From Pseudomonadota bacterium (GTDB taxonomy: Bacteria; Bdellovibrionota_B; Oligoflexia; Oligoflexales; RGVZ01), in NCBI GenBank assembly GCA_041178085.1, contig JBEGVZ010000044.1:1-31517 (forward strand): a DNA stretch of 31,517 bases, given 5' to 3'. This document shows positions 26,661-31,517 of the stretch, one piece after another (position 1 is the stretch's first letter; each line of letters opens with the position of its first letter). The notes beneath the pieces were generated by a model that searched no databases, was not told where the DNA came from, and worked only from the letters and a program-made list of their open reading frames with translations. The translations under genes were made by a program, and so were the position numbers.

Positions 26661-27284
26661 TTACTTCAGTTCTTTGATATTTTCGATGATTTTCGTAACC
26701 AACCCGTATTCAAGAGCTTCCGAAGCCGACATCCAGTAGTCCCGGGTCGTATCTTTGGCAACCTTTTCAATGGGTTGCTTGCATTCTTTCGACAAAAGTT
26801 CGTTGATCTTCTGGCGGGTTTTCAGGATCTCCTTGGCGGTGATCTCGATGTCGGATGCCTGGCCGTAAATCTGACCCGGGATCAGCGGCTGGTGGATCAG
26901 GAACTTGGTGTTAGGCATTGAGTAGCGGCGGTTCTTCTCGGTCGCGACGAAAATCACAGTCGCGATGCTGGCACAAAGGCCGCTGGCAACGATATTTACC
27001 GGGGCACTGATAAAGCGGATCGTATCGAAAATCGAGTAGCCGCTATTGACCTCGCCGCCTGGGCTGTTGAGGTACATGGTGATGGGAGCACCCGGCTTGG
27101 CAGCTTCCATCGCGAGCAAGTTGCTGACAACACGCTTGGCGACGGCCGCGTTGATCCCCTCAGAAACGAAAATGACCCGGTTTTCAAACAGGCGGAATTC
27201 GCCTGACTGCATCACCAGGTCCGCAAGCTCGATCTTCGCGTGTTCCGATTTGTTTTCGGTTTTTTTGTCGACAATATGGGCCAT
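26661..27284 (-). CDS. clpP: ATP-dependent Clp protease proteolytic subunit
   Basis: YLNSPGG, CASIA (Ser), IHQP (His), RDYWMSA (Asp); ATG after GGAGGG. Confidence 0.95.
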   Translation of the reverse strand: MAHIVDKKTENKSEHAKIELADLVMQSGEFRLFENRVIFVSEGINAAVAKRVVSNLLAMEAAKPGAPITMYLNSPGGEVNSGYSIFDTIRFISAPVNIVASGLCASIATVIFVATEKNRRYSMPNTKFLIHQPLIPGQIYGQASDIEITAKEILKTRQKINELLSKECKQPIEKVAKDTTRDYWMSASEALEYGLVTKIIENIKELK

Positions 27285-27336
27285 GACACCCCTCCGTGGC
27301 AGCTGGTCGAGTCTCAAGACTATGCCAACGGGGTGA

Positions 27337-29658
27337 CTACATCAAGCTTTGCGGATCGACATCGACCCTTAACCTGACGTCGCTTTCCTGGGCGACAACG
27401 GTCCCGGCCAGGCCGTTCAACAACTCCCGCAAGGCCTCCGGGTGGTAAGAGACGAGCAGCACCGTTCGCCGGTGCCGGCCGCGGACAATTTCGATGGCAG
27501 GGACGGCAGGCCCCAGAACCTTGACCTTGGTAAAAAGTTCCGGTTTGGCTGCGGCCGAGGCTTCGATCCATCCGTCGACGCGGCTGCTGGCTGCATCCAA
27601 CTTGCGCTGGTTCTCGCTGGAGAATTCAACGCTGATCATCCGGCTGAAAGGCGGATAACCGTATGCCTTCCGGAACTCGAGTTCGCGAGCGGCAAAGCCC
27701 TTGAAGTCTTGGGCCAGGGCCGCCTGGACCACTGGATGCGAAAAGCGGGCACTCTGGATCATGACGCGGCCCGGCAAACCGGCCCGGCCCGCGCGCCCGG
27801 CTGCCTGTACGATCAACTGAAAGGTCCGCTCCCCGGCACGGAAGTCTGGCAGGCTGAGCGTCTGATCGACCTCGATGATGACGACCAGCGTGACCGAGGG
27901 AAAGTCGTGTCCCTTGGCCAGTATCTGGGTGCCGACGAGGATGTCGACTTCGCGGTTACGAAAACGATTCAAAGTCTCAGGGAGAAGTTCGCGGTCCGCA
28001 ACTGTGTCGGAATCAAGGCGCATGATTCGTGCTTCCGGGATCATGGCCTGGATGGCTTCCTCGGCGCGTTCGCTTCCGTATCCGACGGTCAAAAACGTAT
28101 CGTCCGGTGACTTCTTCAACACGGCGTCCACCGTCGTTGCGTGGTCGCAGTAATGGCAACGCAGCCGTGAAGACCGGCCGTGAACGGTCAGGCTGATGCT
28201 GCAGTTGGGACACTGAACGGCAGCGCGCTGGTTGAGAGAGTATAGGTAGTAGGCATAACCGCGCCGATTGACGAGGACGATTGACTGGTTGCCGGCACGC
28301 AAGTTTTCTCGCAGCGCCTCGACCACTCGCGTATCCATTTGCAGCATCGATCCCTGCTGCGTGGACCCGTTGACCACAGTGCCGCTTTTCCAGGCCGGGT
28401 TGCACTGGATGGCGATGATCTCTGGCAAAGGTTTGCCGGAAACACGTTCTGGCAGTTCAACCAGCTCATAACGGCCACTGGTGGCATTATGGAAGGTTTC
28501 CAGAGAGGGCGTTGCGCTGCCCAGAACCACGGTGGCCTGTTCGATGCGGCAACGCATGATGGCAACGTCACGACCATTATAGGTCAGGCCCGTGGCTTGT
28601 TTGTAACTGGAGTCATGTTCCTCATCGACCAGGACCAGGCGCAGTTTTTTGAAGCCCGCAAACACGGCCGAGCGCGGACCAATCAAGATCCGGGCCTCGC
28701 CCGAGCGGATCCGGTTGAGCTGTTCCCAGCGCGCACCGTCCGGCATGGCCGAATGGACCACGGCCACGATGCCAGGAAAACGCGCCTCAAAAACCCGCGT
28801 CATCTGCGGCGTCAGGGCAATCTCTGGCACCATCAACAGAGCCTGGGAATCCGGCACTTCCGCCAGGCTCCGTTCGATCAGGCGCATGTAAACTTCTGTC
28901 TTGCCCGAACCCGTGACCCCCATCAGCAAAAACGGTTTTTGCGGATAGGCGGCCAGAAGGCCATCTGCGCTGATCTTTTCCACCGCCGCAGCCTGCGTGG
29001 GGGTCAGCTGCGGAATTTCACCCGGGCTCTTTACCGCGCTGTTTTCACCAGCAGCCATGGACGCTGGCGCGTCGGCCTGAGCGGCCAGAACCTTCCGGCC
29101 AGCGACCTTTTTGTTTTCATGAGGAACAATCCAGCCAGATTTTTCCCAAGCGCCAATCGCTTGATCGGCATCCTGCCCTGACGCCACCAGCTTTTTGCGG
29201 GTCGTGACAAGTGTCAGGGATTCCTTGGGTTTCTTGGCGCCGAAAACATCCGCCAGGAGTGGGTCGATTTGCAGGGCGGCCCGACCCTCTTCGGTCAGGG
29301 AAATGTAGCGGGCCACAGTCTTTTTGACTCCCGCTGGGAGCATCGCACGCAACACCTCGCCGGGCGGGTGGTAATAGTAGGTGGACATCCAGCGGGCCAG
29401 CTTCAGCAGCCCCTCGCTGAACAGGGCCTCCTCATCGACGACCTCAATGGCGGGTTTCAACTTCGCGGGATCGAGTCCGGCTGGGGGCTCTGCACTGGCA
29501 CCAAGGACCACGCCGACGACCTTCTGGCGCCCGAAAGGGACCACGACCCGGCACCCGGCTGCTGGTGGGTGTCCCGCACTGGACCCTGGCAGCTTGTAGG
29601 TGAAAGTCTGAAAAAGTGGTGTTGGAACGGCCACTTCAATGTAGGGACCAGTGGTCAT
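27337..29658 (-). CDS. priA: Primosomal protein N' (replication restart helicase)
   Basis: RVVVPFG, GVTGSGKTEVY, VPEIALTPQ, DEEHD, SATPS, NRRGY, GTQILAKGHDFP, QAAGRAGR, YPPF. Confidence 0.97.
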   Translation of the reverse strand: MTTGPYIEVAVPTPLFQTFTYKLPGSSAGHPPAAGCRVVVPFGRQKVVGVVLGASAEPPAGLDPAKLKPAIEVVDEEALFSEGLLKLARWMSTYYYHPPGEVLRAMLPAGVKKTVARYISLTEEGRAALQIDPLLADVFGAKKPKESLTLVTTRKKLVASGQDADQAIGAWEKSGWIVPHENKKVAGRKVLAAQADAPASMAAGENSAVKSPGEIPQLTPTQAAAVEKISADGLLAAYPQKPFLLMGVTGSGKTEVYMRLIERSLAEVPDSQALLMVPEIALTPQMTRVFEARFPGIVAVVHSAMPDGARWEQLNRIRSGEARILIGPRSAVFAGFKKLRLVLVDEEHDSSYKQATGLTYNGRDVAIMRCRIEQATVVLGSATPSLETFHNATSGRYELVELPERVSGKPLPEIIAIQCNPAWKSGTVVNGSTQQGSMLQMDTRVVEALRENLRAGNQSIVLVNRRGYAYYLYSLNQRAAVQCPNCSISLTVHGRSSRLRCHYCDHATTVDAVLKKSPDDTFLTVGYGSERAEEAIQAMIPEARIMRLDSDTVADRELLPETLNRFRNREVDILVGTQILAKGHDFPSVTLVVIIEVDQTLSLPDFRAGERTFQLIVQAAGRAGRAGLPGRVMIQSARFSHPVVQAALAQDFKGFAARELEFRKAYGYPPFSRMISVEFSSENQRKLDAASSRVDGWIEASAAAKPELFTKVKVLGPAVPAIEIVRGRHRRTVLLVSYHPEALRELLNGLAGTVVAQESDVRLRVDVDPQSLM

Positions 29659-29861
29659 AAAAGGCTTGCCACACCTGGGCTCATAGGTTATTTTCCGGCC
29701 TCTTTTGTCGCACAACAGGCGCGACTCTGGCAATTGCCTCGATCGATCCGGCGGTCCACCGGATTGACACCCAGCGGCAAAACTCCCGGGAAAACCGTGG
29801 AGATGTTTGCGGGGTGACCAGTCGAGGCACTATCAATCGGACCAACGCCTTTGGAGGAACC

Positions 29862-30263
29862 ATGAGGGCAGTTAAACGCAAGCGCAGGCTGATGTCACGC
29901 CGCAAGCGCACCCTCGATCCGAGCATCGTGATCGATTACAAGAAACCAGACACCTTGAAGCGTTTCATCACGGAACGCGGCAAGATCATCCCGCGCCGCA
30001 TTTCCGGCGCAACCGCCAAGCAGCAGCGCGTGATCTCAGAAGCGATCAAGCGCGCGCGCTTTCTGGCGCTGATCCCGCTGTGCGTTGCACACCGCACCGA
30101 GCGTGGCTTCGCAGGCGAAATGGCAGCAGCAGCAGCAGCGCTGTCTGCTCCGCGCGAATTCGGCCGCGGCCGTTTCGACAACCGCGGTGGTGATCGCCCT
30201 GAAGGCGGTCGTGACTTCGGTGGCGAGCGCCCAGCACGCGCTGCCAGCACTGAGGAGGAATAA
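29862..30263 (+). CDS. rpsR: 30S ribosomal protein S18 with C-terminal extension
   Basis: [28 protein letters not shown]....[14 protein letters not shown] after GGAGG. Confidence 0.95.
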   Translation: MRAVKRKRRLMSRRKRTLDPSIVIDYKKPDTLKRFITERGKIIPRRISGATAKQQRVISEAIKRARFLALIPLCVAHRTERGFAGEMAAAAAALSAPREFGRGRFDNRGGDRPEGGRDFGGERPARAASTEEE

Positions 30264-30265
30264 CC

Positions 30266-30493
30266 ATGAGCCGTCGTTGTGAACTGTCCGGCAAGGCCGT
30301 TCAAGTTGGACACAAAGTGTCCCACTCCAACATCAAAACCAAAACCCGCCGCCTGCCAAACCTTCAGTCGAAGCGCTTCTGGTCGCCAGAGAAAAAGCGT
30401 TTTTTCTCGCTGAAAGTCAGCACGGCTGCAATGCGGACGATCGACAAGATCGGCCTCGACGCCTACGCCAAGCGCGCTGGCATCAAGCTCTAA
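30266..30493 (+). CDS. rpmB: 50S ribosomal protein L28
   Basis: MSRRCELSGK..GHKVSHSNIKTK...PNLQ. Confidence 0.97.
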   Translation: MSRRCELSGKAVQVGHKVSHSNIKTKTRRLPNLQSKRFWSPEKKRFFSLKVSTAAMRTIDKIGLDAYAKRAGIKL

Positions 30494-30505
30494 GGAGAAC
30501 GGACC

Positions 30506-30697
30506 ATGGGTAACGGTGATAACCGTAAATCGATGAAGATGCGTCGCAAGAAGGCTTGGCGTGCCAAGAAGCTTCGCGTGCGCAAGAAGATTGAAGCTGG
30601 CGGAGCAAAGGTGGCTGCACCCAAGGCGGCACCTAAAAAGCGCCCTGCCGGCACGACAACCACTCGCAAGGCTTCAGCGGCCCAACCGGCTACCTGA
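30506..30697 (+). CDS. Small very basic protein, THX-like N-terminus
   Basis: AAGGAG RBS overlapping the rpmB stop; fills the rpmB-rnhA gap; MGNGDNRKSMKMRRKK... Confidence 0.8.
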   Translation: MGNGDNRKSMKMRRKKAWRAKKLRVRKKIEAGGAKVAAPKAAPKKRPAGTTTTRKASAAQPAT

Positions 30698-30711
30698 TTC
30701 CGGTTATTTGA

Positions 30712-31161
30712 GTGAGCAGAAAAAAAGTAGTTCTTACTACCGACGGCGCCTGCCTCGGCAACCCCGGACCGGGGGGCTGGGCGGCGCTGTTGCGTTATGG
30801 GGAACATGAACGGTTGCTCAGTGGCGGCGAGCCCGACACGACCAACAACCGCATGGAACTCAGCGCCGTGATCATGGGGCTTCGTGCCCTCAAGCAGCCC
30901 TGCGACATCAGGATCATCACGGACAGCCGGTACGTCATGAACGCTTTTGTTGAAGGCTGGTTCAAGAACTGGGAAAAAAATGGTTGGCGCACTGCCGACA
31001 AGAAACCGGTGAAAAATCAGGACCTTTGGCAGGAGCTCGCGGATGAGCTGCACAAGCACCACGTCAAATGGGAGTGGGTAAAGGGTCACGCAGGGCACGA
31101 GGACAACGAGCGGGTCGATGTCGCTGCCCGTAAAGCCGCTGAGCGCCAAGGGGTTTCATGA
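30712..31161 (+). CDS. rnhA: Ribonuclease HI
   Basis: [47 protein letters not shown]. Confidence 0.98.
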   Translation: MSRKKVVLTTDGACLGNPGPGGWAALLRYGEHERLLSGGEPDTTNNRMELSAVIMGLRALKQPCDIRIITDSRYVMNAFVEGWFKNWEKNGWRTADKKPVKNQDLWQELADELHKHHVKWEWVKGHAGHEDNERVDVAARKAAERQGVS

Positions 31162-31181
31162 GCATAACCCTTACGGATTTC

Positions 31182-31211
31182 TTGACATTATTTGGTCATG
31201 ACTGGTAGAAC
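31182..31211 (+). promoter_or_regulatory. Putative sigma70-type promoter of rpsT
   Basis: TTGACA-N18-TAGAAC upstream of rpsT. Confidence 0.5.
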
Positions 31212-31266
31212 CCCCACCCTGTCGTGACCATGAATTCTATGTATTGAATGAAATGAGGTTTTTTTC

Positions 31267-31517
31267 GTGGCTAACCACAAATCTTCTGAAAAACGTGCAC
31301 GCTCCAGCGAACGCAAGCGCCAGCGCAACAGTAATTACATGTCTTCCGTCCGCACCGCGGTTAAAAAATACCGCTTCGCGCTGAATGGCCTGGCTGCCGG
31401 AACCGGTGAAGAAGCTGCCAAAGTCCTGGAACTCCTGAACAAGGCACAATCGGCACTCGCCAAGGCTGCTGCCAAGGGCCTTCTCCACAAGAACAACGCA
31501 ACCCGCTCGATCTCCCG
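31267..31517 (+). CDS. rpsT: 30S ribosomal protein S20 (3' end outside the window)
   Basis: GTG start after GAGG; hand translation MANHKSSEKRARSSERKRQRN...SVRTAVKK...KGLLHKNNATR. Confidence 0.96.
   Translation, partial: MANHKSSEKRARSSERKRQRNSNYMSSVRTAVKKYRFALNGLAAGTGEEAAKVLELLNKAQSALAKAAAKGLLHKNNATRSIS

Overview
Core-like bacterial chromosome segment. The gene styles suggest Bdellovibrionota/Oligoflexia or another former deltaproteobacterium (inference only). It holds about 29 CDS and two tRNAs (Asn-GTT, Leu-CAG). Housekeeping genes: murJ, proline dehydrogenase, icmF, pyrE/pyrF, aroB, tonB, hpf, an MsbA-like ABC exporter, clpP, priA, rpsR, rpmB, rnhA, rpsT. Accessory genes: two secreted subtilases, several uncharacterised secreted proteins/lipoproteins, and a GNAT plus MNT-HEPN toxin-antitoxin pair behind tRNA-Asn. 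No CRISPR array, integrase or transposase was seen. Best leads: (1) two tandem paralogous lipoproteins with a shared N-terminal domain and unrelated tails, each behind a sigma28-like promoter, with similar motifs upstream of three other genes; (2) a putative sigma54 operon pairing an atypical subtilase/FG-GAP protein with a secreted BPI/LBP-like protein; (3) a small basic THX-like ORF in the rpsR-rpmB operon, a candidate lineage-specific ribosomal protein; (4) a PriA lacking one whole Zn site; (5) an HPF with a non-canonical C-terminal tail. All family assignments are by eye from motifs; no searches were run.
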